A DNA stretch of 64,000 nucleotides from Paraphysomonas bandaiensis (Eukaryota > Protista > Chrysophyceae). Below, one piece after another: positions 28,238-41,500 of this stretch. The position numbers and the translations under genes are program-made. Within the stretch, counting starts at the first letter, position 1, and every line of letters begins with the position of its first letter. The notes beneath the pieces were generated by a model. The model searched no databases. It was not told the DNA's origin and saw only the letters and a list, made by a program, of their open reading frames with translations. The stretch is taken from assembly GCA_965644295.1 (NCBI GenBank), contig CBFFRP010000426.1:1-64000 (forward strand). Reading direction: 5' to 3'.

Positions 28238-29347
28238 TTACGATGATGGTTCAATATAAACCTTCTTAGGCCTATCCGTGAACTTGGTCAGTACCTCATA
28301 ACCGATAGTTCCAGCCTTTTCTGCAACTTCATTGACGGAAAGGCCATTTCCCCACACGCAAACTTCATCCCCAACTTCTACCGGAGGTGTGATATCTGAC
28401 ACATCAACTGTTATCATGTCCATAGATACCCTTCCAGCAAGTGGGGCTCGTTGTCCCTTGATCAATACGGGAGTTCCATTAGGCGCATGTCGGGGATAAC
28501 CATCGCCGTATCCCATGGCCACAGTCGCAATACGAGTGGTCGGTACACGGCTTGTGGTAAAGGTTCGACTGTATCCGACGTGCTCACCTGGGGGTAGATC
28601 ACGGACCGCTATAACCGGTCCAGTCAGAGTCATCACTGGCTTCAGGGGCTTATCATTGGGATGTGGCTCCTGTAGTGGAGAGTTGCCGTAAAGCATAAAT
28701 CCAGCACGATTCCATGTCCCGTGTGACTCAGGTATACTTAAAATCCCCCCTGAGTTGGCAATACTCCACTGTTGCAAATCATGCCTCCTTTGGATATCTC
28801 GCAACACCTCAAGCTGCTCCGTATTAAATGACAATCCCACTTCATCACTACATGCGAAGTGAGAGCATAACACGAATCCATTTTTACCAAATTTATTAAC
28901 CAGACTAGGAATAATGGCATCGCACAATGCAGGTGGAAGGCCCAATCTATGCATGCCGGTGTCAACCTTGACCCAAATTGGCACAGAAGAAGGCCAACTG
29001 CTACTAAGAGCATACGCAATCTGTGATTCATTCTGAACCATAGGAGTAAGTCGGTGGCTCAGTGCTTGCTCCCATGCCACCACATCATTGGCACCCTGTA
29101 ATATAAGCAGAGGCTCAACTTGGATCCCATGTTCCCTCAACTTTATCCCTTCATTAATATTAGCAACTGCAAGACCATCTGCAACATCAGAAAGAGCTGT
29201 AGCAGCTCTTACCATGCCGTGACCATATGCATTGGCTTTAATAACAGCCATTGTACGAGAATTCGGAGCCAAAGACTTCGCATATAAATAGTTGTGCTTC
29301 AGTGCATTTAAATCAATATAAACAGTGGTTGTCTTTGAATCCGGCAT
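28238..29347 (-). CDS. alr: Alanine racemase (PLP-dependent, bacterial type), intronless
   Basis: AVIKANAYGHG (PLP lysine), KVDTGMHRLG, SHFACSD, ANSGG, VGYSRTF (catalytic Tyr), GYGDGYPR, GRVSMDM, GTIGYE. Confidence 0.95.
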   Translation of the reverse strand: MPDSKTTTVYIDLNALKHNYLYAKSLAPNSRTMAVIKANAYGHGMVRAATALSDVADGLAVANINEGIKLREHGIQVEPLLILQGANDVVAWEQALSHRLTPMVQNESQIAYALSSSWPSSVPIWVKVDTGMHRLGLPPALCDAIIPSLVNKFGKNGFVLCSHFACSDEVGLSFNTEQLEVLRDIQRRHDLQQWSIANSGGILSIPESHGTWNRAGFMLYGNSPLQEPHPNDKPLKPVMTLTGPVIAVRDLPPGEHVGYSRTFTTSRVPTTRIATVAMGYGDGYPRHAPNGTPVLIKGQRAPLAGRVSMDMITVDVSDITPPVEVGDEVCVWGNGLSVNEVAEKAGTIGYEVLTKFTDRPKKVYIEPSS

Positions 29348-29866
29348 TGCTACTTCTCAAGGAACAAGAAACTATTACTATATCTCTATGGGTAACTCTG
29401 TATATAGATGGAAGTTAAGTATGCGGCTGCTCTATGCTGTACATGTATATGTATGCCTGGATATGCCGATCTCTATACTACATACACGTACATACACCGT
29501 GTGTAAGAAGGCATATAGAAGGAATCTAATGTTCTGTTTTTTTGGGGGGGTGACATTTTATTGGGGTAAATGGGAATATCTGATATCGAACTACGGTTGA
29601 AATACAGTAGGTGTATACCGCCCTCATAACTGTTCGTAGTCCTGTACTCCATATATATACATGTATATGGTATATGTATACAGCAGAGTGCTGTATGTAC
29701 AGTGAGCGGATCGCTGTATCTATCTGCTATTATGGTATCTCTGCCTATCTACTTGCATGCGTGCTTGTTCATAGACACTCTCATCTCACAGTCTGTAATG
29801 GAAACTGATATATGAATTAAACCCAGTATGATAACGGAGTGTACATAAGATTTATCTTATTAACAG

Positions 29867-30892
29867 ATGGGCAAACACGAAACAACTGACGTTCTTTTGC
29901 ATGTTCTAGGGACTCTATCCGCTCTCTCAAGCTTATTAATGATTATTTCGTATATGAGAATGAAAGGAATACGAAAAATGTATGACAGGATGATATGCAA
30001 CATAGCAGTATCTAATTTATTCGGATCAATAGGAATCGCCATTGGATTAACTCAGAATGGCACTGTTCAATGCTACACCCAAGCTTTATTAACTAACATA
30101 TTTCCTATATCGAGCGTGTTTTGGACAACAGTGATAGCATATGTACTATACACTGTGGTTTCTTCATCCACGAGCTTGGATGTATTATCACCTTATGTCA
30201 GTATATGGTGTTGGGTTGCACCAGTGTTGTTAACATTACTTCCTTTAACAACCAATACTTATGGTACTCTCGGCGAAGAATACGGATGGTGCTTCATTGA
30301 AAAGACATCATCTACTCCAAAGCATGCGACTGTAATATGGGTTATATTGAGCTTCTATGTATGGATATGGCTAGCTCTATTTCTGTATGTCATGCTGTTC
30401 TTTTTCATCCGATGGAAGGCTAGACATCAGACTGAAGAATACAAGAAGAGAACATTTCGCGTACTTTATAAGCTCTGTTGGTATCCAGCGATCGTATTAA
30501 TTTGTTGGATATATCCAACATTTTATGACATATTTGACTCCTTAAATTCACAGCGAGATGAGATCGTGCACTCCCGTGAATCTTTCAATGTGGCGTATAT
30601 TACACCTAGCGTTCAAGGACTGCTAACAGCAGTTGCATTCTTTAGCAGTCAAATAGAAGAAGATAAAATAAAAGCTTGGTTCTGCTGTAATGTGCTATTA
30701 TGGCATAGTGGATTTGGATATACTGACAATGTCAGCTACGACACCTGTCATCAGCAAGAACGAAACGCGATCCGTTGGACTGAAAACTCAGGTGCTGTGA
30801 AGACCTCGATTCCTGTCACAGCTGAAACCCCTTTAGCAGCTAATACTCCCTCATTTCGTCAGAATAGTGAGGAAATGCATAACCAATTGTAA
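29867..30892 (+). CDS. 7-TM G-protein-coupled receptor, cAMP-receptor/GCR1-like
   Basis: Seven hydrophobic segments; CYTQA, SSVFWTTVIAY, YGWCFI, KLCWYPAIVLICW, QGLLTAVAF. Confidence 0.8.
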   Translation: MGKHETTDVLLHVLGTLSALSSLLMIISYMRMKGIRKMYDRMICNIAVSNLFGSIGIAIGLTQNGTVQCYTQALLTNIFPISSVFWTTVIAYVLYTVVSSSTSLDVLSPYVSIWCWVAPVLLTLLPLTTNTYGTLGEEYGWCFIEKTSSTPKHATVIWVILSFYVWIWLALFLYVMLFFFIRWKARHQTEEYKKRTFRVLYKLCWYPAIVLICWIYPTFYDIFDSLNSQRDEIVHSRESFNVAYITPSVQGLLTAVAFFSSQIEEDKIKAWFCCNVLLWHSGFGYTDNVSYDTCHQQERNAIRWTENSGAVKTSIPVTAETPLAANTPSFRQNSEEMHNQL

Positions 30893-32578
30893 ATTGAATG
30901 TGCTTGGGATATGCTTTGTACTACATGTTGTGTGCTGAGTCGTTATGGTATCTATGTGACGGAAGAATATTTCTTAAACAAGTTAAGAATGATATAATGA
31001 TACAATATATTTTCTGCATTATAGACGCTTAGCTAAGCTGTTTGGTTATATTAGTAACAGGAAACACAAAACACCCAGTCAATTTTATATACAGTTGTGC
31101 ATGCACACGATATCACCGTCCTACAACTCGACAACTTGAGAAATGTACTTCCAATACATGCGAATGCCCTGTTGAGCGCAGCTAGACTTATTAACTCAGT
31201 TCTCCGCAAAAAAAATGCATCCCACTACACTTGATATTATAATGTTGTTTATATAACTAATAGACACTTGTTGACGGATGCATATTTCAATCAATTTTGA
31301 ATGAATGTGGTGATAATAACACCAATGGTTCAGAGAATGAGTTGCAGGAAAGTTGTGACTTGCTAGGCAGTAAGTAGTCTTTGTCTAACAGCGTAATGGG
31401 TCTAGTTATTATGCGATCTTAATAACTAGTACTGAATAAGGTATCTACACAAGTGTTTAATTGCTGAATAACGACACTACTATATTGCAATAGTATTAGT
31501 TGAGTAGTACGATTTCTCTGCATTAAGCTGTGCTTCATTATATTTCACAAGCATTTAAATAAACATTGAATCAAATCATAAGGACCCAAGAAGAATATGA
31601 AACAGACTTGTGTTAAATAAAGTATAAAGTACACGGGTTACATTAGTGCAGTAAAACATCCAAAATATTAATGAATATATTGTCATTTTAAGAGGGTAAC
31701 AAGGTTGAAACATATAACATACAGGGGTAATATTCAGCACTACTACAACTTCATCTATAATAAGAGATCACATCACAGTCGAAAGAGGACTACCAAGTAA
31801 AAAGGGTCTCTCTGCGACTATTAACCATTTGTTATTTAATAACAGGAACAATTTGTTGCAATCGATATACATAGATTACATAGATTACATAGATATAGAG
31901 CGAGACGGTTGCTTCGTGTCCACATATTGCATGCAGGACAATCAATAGTTCAGGGAGCCTTCTAAATGGACTCTATTGTATGATACCGACATAACGTATC
32001 TAATACGAGCATATAGATAATGCACAACTGATCTGACCGCATATGTTTATAAGATCCTGCATATATCGGGTATGTATCATCTACACTATACATTCCACTG
32101 CATCTATTGTTGTATGCACACATCATCTCATACCAGCATCTATGCATGCATAGTCTTGGGGATAGTATGTCCTTTTGCAGACACCATCGAGGGTAGTTCT
32201 GTGATAACAAAGTGTATAGTTTTTAGAAGCTGTGACATAAAAACACTGCATATTTCTCAAAAATCCATATTTTCCTTCTAAAAATTCAGTATTGATGATA
32301 TAGAGTACAGCAGTATGTACACTGTACATGCATCCACAGCAGTGTACAAGACGTCGCGTCATAGAAAACTATAGAAAGAAATCACACTCAACAACATACT
32401 TAACATCACAACGATAGAATGCCATACTGATAGCTAAATATGAATTAAACTATCAATCGTTATCCCATGAGCTCACTTCACAGTATTTCTATAGCCTCTT
32501 TGACATTCTCTGAATAGGAAATCTATTAAATAACACAAACAAATCATTTACAGAGTTATTCATTGATAGTATCGTATA

Positions 32579-35456
32579 ATGGAGATGGGAACGATGTCTC
32601 TTCCTGTTATAATATCTGATAATGTGTATTTTCCTCACTCATATTCGTCTATTCCACTCAGTGAAGATTCAGTCTCAGATATTGCCCCTATCGGTGAGGC
32701 GAATGCTCATCACCCGCTATTAGTTATCGCCACTAGAGTGCCTATGGAGATTTCCAGTGAATTAGAGACAATAAATGCAGGAAATAATATGCTTGTTAGC
32801 AAAATAGCAGTTGTCGCTCGACTAATGCGTGCAATTGATAAAAGCTCTGGAGATACCCCTCGTTCTGTAACCGTTCAAATATGTTGGCGTTGTAGCATAG
32901 TCGAGTTTCAACCGGATGCTGCGGAAAAGCGAGCTTGTCTGATAACAACGAAACACTCTGTCGATCCATCTGCAATGTCTGCATCTCTCTCGCTTATGTA
33001 TTCTACACTCAAGGTGTTGGCACAAAAGCTCCTCTCAGTGCTGCCTCCGTCACGTGTGATGCTTCTTGCAGCTTATATGCAAGATGGTCCGATTTCTCCC
33101 GCACTACTGACTGATGTGATGGCCAGTATTTGTAGTAAGAGTAAATTATTGCAGAAGTTAAAGGTGCTTCAGGCGAAAACTGTTGAGGAGAGAATGGAGT
33201 TGGTGCTGGAGCTCATCCGTAATGAATTGCACGAGAGGACACTTCCCTCCAGTCATTCATCTCCACTTCAGCTGTTGATCGTCGGAAAGAATGGGATTCC
33301 CAACCCCTCTAATCGATTCCACAGATTGAGTGATGGATCTATTGATAATGATGATGAATTGGGCGAATTTCGGCGAAAACTGGTGAATCCCTTCTTACCC
33401 AATCGTGTGCGCGATATATGTGAGAAACACGTAAAACGCCTGGAGCGCCTTTCCCAAACATCACCCGACTATGGTGTTCTTACTTCACACCTTGAGGCCC
33501 TCCTTGATATGCCATGGGGGCAGGAGAGCGCAAATCAAACACCGACGTCGTATGCAGTTGTACTGGAAGAGGCCAAGAAGTCGTTAGATGCTGATCACAC
33601 AGGTATGGCGGAAGTGAAGAAGCGGATATTGGAATTCGTTGCCGTACAGTCTTTACAAGCACGAAACAAGAAAAACTTTGACTCTCCTTCCCTTGACCGT
33701 TCTGTTGACTCTACTGTTCACAGTATTGTTACCCCAACGATATTGTGTTTGGTGGGCCCACCTGGAGTGGGAAAGACATCTCTGGGGCAGTCTATCGCCG
33801 CTGCACTAAGGAGAAAATATGAGAAAGTGGCTCTGGGGGGGGTATCCAACGAGGCTGTCCTGCGAGGACACAGGCGCACATATGTGGGAGCCATACCAGG
33901 ACGCATTGCGCAGGCTATTAGGCGTGCGGGCTGTATGGACCCAGTTATCTTGTTGGATGAAATAGATAAGCTCGGGGTCAGTGGGTCTGGCGGTGACCCT
34001 GCAGCAGCGCTTCTGGAAATATTAGACCCTGCGCAGAATTCTAGCTTTACTGATCACTATTTGGGTGTACCACTAGACCTTTCAAAGGTCGTATTTATAG
34101 CGACCGCGAATCGTGCGGACCTTATTTCTGGTCCATTATTGGATCGTATGGAGGTGCTTACTCTTCATGGGTACACGCAACGGGAAAAGTTAATCATCGC
34201 CCAGCAACACCTCATTCCTCGACAGACAAATGGGGCATGCCTGAAGTTGGGTGTTGATCTCCAAGTTTTACCTAGTGCAGTAGCCGAGTTGGTGTCAGGT
34301 TACACCCGAGAGGCCGGAGTCAGACAGCTCACCTCACGGATTGCATCTCTCTGCCGCAGTGGTTTGTAGCTATTCTTCCTGTTTGACTTCTCATGGTATT
34401 TATGACCAGTTGCAGTGAAAAAGGCATCCGGAGAAGAAAATTTGTTCCCAGTCGTGGTGACGCCTGAGTATGTTGAAGAAACACTGGGCCCCCGCAAGTT
34501 TCATACAGAGGAAGCATTGCAGACTCCCCCAGCAGGTACATAAACCGAATTGTATTCGTTCGATACGCTGATTCAATATCCTTACCACGAAGGGGTGGCC
34601 ACTGGAATGGCCTGGACGTCCGCTGGAGGGGAGTTGCTGTTCATCGAAAGCTGCTGCTATGTGTCACCATTTTCGGGGGGAACAGTTGGTGACATTACTG
34701 TGACAGGTTCTCTTGGGAGTGTCATGCGTGAGAGCTGTCACATTGCACTCTCATGGGTTCGTAATCATACAGAATTAATTTTAAGCCGAGCGAGGTAAAA
34801 AAATAACTTGATGGTAGTCTCTCCTACTCTAACTTATGTTTATGTCGATGTATATCCTATGTACGTAAATGTGTCAATGATGCTGTTAGGGAAAATAAGA
34901 TGCTGGAAACAAGTGATATCACACATTACTTGCAAGGGGTGGAAAAGAAGATTTTTTCATCTGCAGTGCATGTTCATGTTCCTGATGGGGCGGTATTGAA
35001 GGATGGACCGAGTGCTGGCTGCGCTATCGTTACCTCATTGGTGTCAATGGTCACTGATATTCCCGTTGACCCACTTACTGCTGTTACCGGTGAGGTCACT
35101 CTCAGGGGAGCAGTTTTGCCAGTTGGAGGAGTCAAAGAGAAGATTTTATCTGCTATTCGTGGAGGAATCAAGTGAGTTATTTTGTATTTAGGTTTTCAAT
35201 GTAACAAATATACTAGGCAAGTGCTTATTCCGTGGAGAAATATGACAGATATCAAGAATCAGAGTTCGGATGATATATTTGAGGTAAGTTTCTACCATCT
35301 ACCGTTGCTCGTCTCACACATATGCATTTGAACTATTAGAACATTAAAGTAGTACCAGTGACCAGGATTGAAGATGTGCTGCAGCATGCACTGTTTACGA
35401 CATCAACAGATATGGAAGCTGTACAAATAGAGTCTCACATTCGGAGTCGCCTCTGA
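32579..35456 (+). CDS. Peroxisomal Lon protease (LONP2-like); multi-exon
   Basis: LON N-domain, [37 protein letters not shown] (Ser), VGGVKEK (Lys). The last exon ends ESHIRSRL-stop, a PTS1 signal. Confidence 0.9.
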
Positions 35457-35814
35457 GTAAATACATGAAGTGAAATGTATTGATCTCAGTGTTGTGTGCA
35501 AACCATTATTTTAATCATGGCGGTGTGCTGATTTTCCTTGACAAGGTTCTAATAATCGCTACCCGGTGACAAAGATTAGTGTAACTCTGTTGCGAGTTTT
35601 AAGGCCTTATATTAGTGTGCTTCTCTGTAGTTGTTATACAAATTCCGTTTACTATCTAGTTTGTATGATGTTGGCATATGTAGACTGAACATATTTCCCT
35701 GCGCATTGAAGCTTTATATAAAAATGTTTGAAAGCGGGTACAATATATGAACGTTCTGTTTTATTGTCGAAGCTGTGATGTTCATCTTCTTAAGCTAGAG
35801 TTGATTTTGTTATG

Positions 35815-36650
35815 TAATTATCCCCGTTTTGTCTCAAAAACAGTGTTTAACGCTCATATCAGCACCGGGAAAGTATAGACAATCAACTTTATTCGGTTCA
35901 ACAGAAACTCACTTCTATCTTTATTATGATATTGACTGTCATATGTACGTGATTTGATTATATTACACAATTATAGAGCAACCACAATGATGAGCCAAAT
36001 ATCAAAAGCAGATCACCGAGCACTCCTAATTGCATTCCATACTTCGCCTGCATATATGATCATACTTAAGTCCGTGCAAGCGACCAACAATCATCATAAC
36101 CTGGACTTCAGAACTACTTCAATAATATTGCAGGAGAGTTTAAGTGCCATATTATTATATCTGATGCTGTATAGGTGGTTAGGAGTTAGGAGCAGTGTCA
36201 CGCAGTTGGCACAACATTGTGCTTATCAGGATTCTGTGCCTCATCAGATGCACTAGCAGAGGTTAAGCGAATTGTATATAAATGCGATGATCCTAATTTA
36301 GAATATAAGAAGCCTCGTGCGACTACAACTCTTCACATTCATCATCACACTTATGTACGAATATTAACACCACGCAGTTGCTATGTTGCTATTCCCTCAG
36401 TATCCTGTGGTAGGAGTACATTTGTTGTAGCTATTATAGACATTTGGGGCTTACCATATTGAAACTCCTATTGCTGTTCCCTATAAGCATACAGTATACA
36501 TACCATTGATTTAAAACAATATGCTGTGTTCTCATTTGTTTTCCTAATCTTAATCAGGAAAAAGTAATTTCTTCTTACAGAATACAAGCTACAAATAATT
36601 GCTATACAATCTAATATTAAATTTGCCATACATCCTGCGGATAAGCTATA
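35815..36650. repeat. Dispersed non-coding repeat, copy 1 (MITE-like)
   Basis: TATCCCC(G/A)TTTTGTCTCAAAAA...CGCTCATATCAGCACCGGG...GCTATACAATCTAATATTAA...GGATAAGCTA is shared with 59226-59960 and, more diverged, with 52805-53620. Confidence 0.8.
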
Positions 36651-36769
36651 ATTTTGTTCAAAACGATGGTGTAAATAGTTCTTTTATATACAGATAAAAG
36701 ACAACATGCCTGGTTGAACCCAACACCAACCCTCCGCTGCCTTTGGCGCACCGTACAGTAGTCCTACTA

Positions 36770-36965
36770 GTGCGTCACAACAAGCGCCAAGGTGCAAACA
36801 CTTTAGCTCTATCACTCAAAGCAAACGCAGTGAAATTGCAAAATGTTGGCATACCAGACATCTGCTGAATTCTTCAGGATTTTCCCTTAAGGTGAACATC
36901 CCGGAAGCTTTACTTCAGCAACAGGCAGCCTAATACCCCCGTTACCCTTGAGGTGGGCCCAGGCT
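36770..36965 (-). mobile_element. LINE-like 3' region fragment
   Basis: TGCGTCACAACAAGCGCCAAGGTGC, GGTGAACATCCCG and GGCAGCCTAATACCCCCGTTACCCTTGAGGTGGGCCC match 53800-53950. Confidence 0.6.
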
Positions 36966-37136
36966 TCTTGCCGTCATATTATTGGCATCTGGCATCATCA
37001 TCACGTTTATGCACAACATACAACACGCTTGACCTCAGACGTAGAATGAAATACAGCTTGGGGTGTTTGATGATCTGCTATTTACTATATATTTAAAGTT
37101 AACTTATCTTTTACATATATATTGCAGATGCAATAG

Positions 37137-38190
37137 CCAGAGATGACTGGCTTGAAGTTGACCGATTACTGGGACGACAAAAGTACACTGTCTGTGAAAT
37201 CGAAGTGGACCAAGCCATTGAACGAATACTCACGGCGGGTGTATGGCACTGGCGCTTATCCGGGGAACGACGGCCTCTACTCACTGACTTCCAATCCCTC
37301 CGCAGTCAACGGATGCTGGAGACCTACACTGCACTTCGAGATCAACGCTATGGTCACAATCCCGACCGGGCGCCTGAATATTGGACAGACAGTGAGGCAC
37401 TACTTCCACGTAAACTGGCACAAGCAGATGGCGGTCCATCAAAGGATAAAGATAGCTCACACCTATGCCAGAGAGTGCTCAATGCAGCATTGACATGGGA
37501 CAAATCTTTCAGCATAATAGGGAGAAATCGGGCAAAAATCAAAAAAGGTCTTGCTCTCTGGTCAAAGCTGCATGTTCTGACTGTGGCTTTCCACTTGAGT
37601 CTCTCAAACACATGTGTCTAGACTGCACAAATGACACCATCACCCAGATACGGGAGACCATTCACAGCCACAAAAACGCGCTTCAAGAGGTACAGAGAGA
37701 TCAGGTGCTACAGCGGCTCTCCAGCAGGGCCTGGATCCCCTCCTTCCCGCAGGTGGAGAGATTCTGGACAGGCACCGCCACTGCTCAACTCGAGATGGTT
37801 TTTGGAGATCACATCCAAACGGTGCACTGAGACAACGCCGCATTCCACCTCTCCACCCACCTCTCAGCACACACATCTAGCACTCGGTACACTCAGGCCT
37901 GGTAGAGCCTCATCCCAAGGGGAGACCCCCGATAACACCCACCAATAAGTCCTGGGACACACGATCATGGCAAACCTCAAAATCAACATTTGAACGGAAG
38001 TGGTCGCACCTTGGGGCTTGAGGTGACGCACAAGCAGCTTCAGTAGCGCTAAATAGTAGGATAATAAAAAGTTTGTGCTGAATAGTTATGGGTAGAGGTC
38101 TAAATAGTATGTCTAGCATTCAACTAGCCATTACATTGGTGCAGATTTTTAACGCCTATTGCTAAATACTAAATAATAAGACTTTCAATA
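37137..38190 (+). mobile_element. 5'-truncated, frameshifted non-LTR retrotransposon remnant
   Basis: Overlapping broken ORFs with a LINE ORF2-type C-terminal zinc knuckle (CSDCGFPLESLKHMCLDC), then a 3' tail ending AATAATAAGACTTTCAA that is shared with truncated copies at 22634 and 53650. Confidence 0.6.
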
Positions 38191-38562
38191 TATATCTTAT
38201 CTTTGTGGTTTCCCTAATAATTTGTAATATAATAATGTCACTTTCAAATATTCTAATTAAGACAGCAGATATTGAAGTTGAATGTCTAATTTTGTGCTAA
38301 TATGGGCGTTCTACTGAACCCAATTCAGGTAGAAAAACACTCTTTCGAGACGAAATGGGGATTTATATTATAAATAATGACTACCTCGCAGTTATTTTGC
38401 TAAAGACTACAATGCATGTAAAAGAAAATGTACATTAATTTAGTGGCGCGGAGCTGTAGAGGACAACCACAAAATACGATATAGTTCCAAGTATAACGTT
38501 ATTGCGATGAGCTGAAACACACTGCAAAAACATGTACTACAAGATATTTACACCATGTCCAC

Positions 38563-41500
38563 TTATTTTATATTACATAGTTTCGGGCCTGCCACTCCAT
38601 CGCTTTTGGAAGCAGTCCGATTTCTTGATTCGCCTTGCGTTACCGCTCTTCTTTTTCGTCCACCTAGCGCTTCATATTCATGAAGACGTTGAACCAGATT
38701 ATTAACCTCATTTAATGCTTCCTCCAGTGCACTTTGAATGGGTGAAATTTCAGCGTCTACAGCCTTTTCAATAAGTTGTTTTACTTCTGGAGTGAGCACA
38801 GGAGTGCTACTGGTATCAGGTAAACGATGCAGATTCATATGAGAAAGTCTATCTTGAATGAACATGAGCTTTAAATTAACAGCAGCATCCATTTCGCTAT
38901 CATCAATATCCTGGTTCCTTCTCCGTGAAAGTACAGGGCTGAGGGTATTTTCTTCTTCATTATCTACATTTGAATTTTCCATAGCATTCTCTGAGTCATC
39001 TCTTTCTGTCATACCAACGAGCCCAACAGGAAACCAACTGACATCATCATTTTCCATGCACTGACGAACGTAGAGCTCTAGACTGGTATCTTGACTGCGT
39101 GGTTGCTGCCAAATTCTCATCACAAAATACAGATAATTCCACATATTGTGCGCTTCAGAACGGTGTGTTTTGAAGTCACATGAGTTGGCGGCCCTTTTAT
39201 CAAATTCCTGTTGATCAATGCCACATATGAAGCACCGGCCATTCATATCCATCTCACGATCCATCTTTACTCCACGCAATTCCCCGAATGTATCGATAAT
39301 AATACCAAAAAATATATTCCTCAGGATCACAACAATGATAAAGTAAAAGGCAACATCGACAATTATTCTGATTCCGATAGTATCATTCATGTAACGCCCG
39401 ATTCCTTCCTCAGACCTGAAGCCGTAAGACACCATGAGTTTGAAACTCTGCCACAGAGAATTGCACACTAAGTGCAAGAACTCGTCCCGGAAAAACACGA
39501 ATATTGCACTAGCAAATATGTGAATAAATATAAGAATAATAGCGATCGTTGTAAGTAGCTGCCTTAATGGGTTGACAACTGCCAACATAACCTCCTTCGT
39601 CGCGGAGTCAACAGCCACAAACTCCAACAGCAAACATGACAACAAGAGTGGATTTCGATAGAAAGCTATCCATGCTATCAACGTGTGCACAAAGTACCAA
39701 AGTGGAGTTGGAGCGATTATCGCATAGAATGCCGACAACAAACGAGACTTTCCAGCATCAATATGACAAGCATACATCAGTGGAACGCGAACAACTAAAA
39801 TAATAGTCATGGTTAACATCACCAATGCAATGTGAATTCCGTTTAAAGCATGGATGATGTTGTAAATGTTCATAGGAAGGTATATATCATAAGGAGACGA
39901 GGACACAGATGAACCAGACTGCAAAGTGTGGGAAGTGAGATGACGAGAATCGATATAACCGATCACAGGATCATAAAAATTCGAACTCTCACTCTGCGGC
40001 TTTACGGTGAAGTGCATCGTCAAAAGAATATTCATTATAATAACATTGACCAAGAGAGTCTTTGCCAAAATGCCTTTCCACGCCCACAAATGAACAATAC
40101 CGAATGATTTCAGTGCTTCCTGGTGAACACCTTCGCGATGCAATTCTCTAGCTTTCCGTAAGAAATCGTTCAGCTTGATTTCTTGAGTCAAGAAATCAAC
40201 TTCTTCAGTAATTTTTCGTTTGCTACTCTCAGATAAATCCTTAGCAAGTCCTGGAATATGAAAGTAATGTCGGTGCAATTGTTGGTTCCAAACTACTTCC
40301 ACAGATGCTATGTCATTTTCGATACATGCTAGGGCATTGGATGGCATTTCAACATTCTTGTCATCGGTGGACTTAAGAAACACAAGATGCTTAGCTTGCA
40401 ATCGCGATAGTGAATCGATATCAACAGAAAACCCAAATTCATCTGTCTCTGGGGGTAATATTATCATATTTAATACATTGACTTCAATTGCAGTTTGAAT
40501 TCGCTCAAGCACAACTGAATCACTTTTGAGACCCTCGATTGAAGCCCTTAAAACATCGATGATGTACTCTTTCAGGATTTCGACATCCTGCTGCCACTCT
40601 AAGGTAAATACAAGAGATGGTCTTGATTGACGGATAAGCCGATTCAAAGCTGTCAACAGCTCAGTATGTAGTACAAAGTACTCCTGACTACCTTTACAAG
40701 GTCCATGCATCAGGCACAATATGGTGTGAATTACCCGCACAGCCACCTTAGTGCAAAATGGACTTTCAATTCTACTCAATAAATCTACGAAACCAGTCAA
40801 ATGGTCAAGTATATTCACGAACCGACTGTTTCCTTCCTGCTCCCGCATTATATTTTTGTTTGCTGAGAAATTTCCATCGCACATAGATGATATGAGTTTC
40901 AGGACAAATATCTCACTCGGAAGACTTGTATTCTGCTGCAGATCCGGATCACTCGCATTTTCAGCATCTCGTTGGCACCACACCTGGAGCTGTTCAAGTA
41001 GTTCTTTCAACTCCTCGAAGAACAATGTGGAATCTGTATTACTTAAGTACTGATAGATGCTCCTTTGCACTCGCGTGTGACCACCAAACTTACATAATAG
41101 CGCGACGAGAAGCTTCACAGCTTCAACACAAAGTTTGGAATCAATTCCAATGGATATAATATCAAGACAAAGATATGTGACACCATATTCATCCATAACC
41201 GTATGAAAATAAGACACCTCAAAGACCTCGGTATGAGTGAGAGGATCCGCAATAGTCTCAACAGAAACCTCAATATTTTTTTCAATAATATGACGCAATG
41301 TCGTCATGATCCAGATAGAAGTATCAACTGAACTCTTATCCAAATATCTAGCCGAAGTCGTCCGTTCAAGCTGATTGCGTAGATGCGTCGTCATTTTAAG
41401 AAAAAATGGTTCTAATCTTACGTCCGACACGACATTGTCGTAAACTGACGGAATCTTTTCCAGGAGTTCTAGAGACTGTGGATCAAACCCTGATCCACTG

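Noticed and set aside
28238-29347. alr as bacterial contamination
   Set aside because: It is embedded in contiguous eukaryotic sequence of similar composition with no bacterial neighbours; read-level confirmation is still needed.
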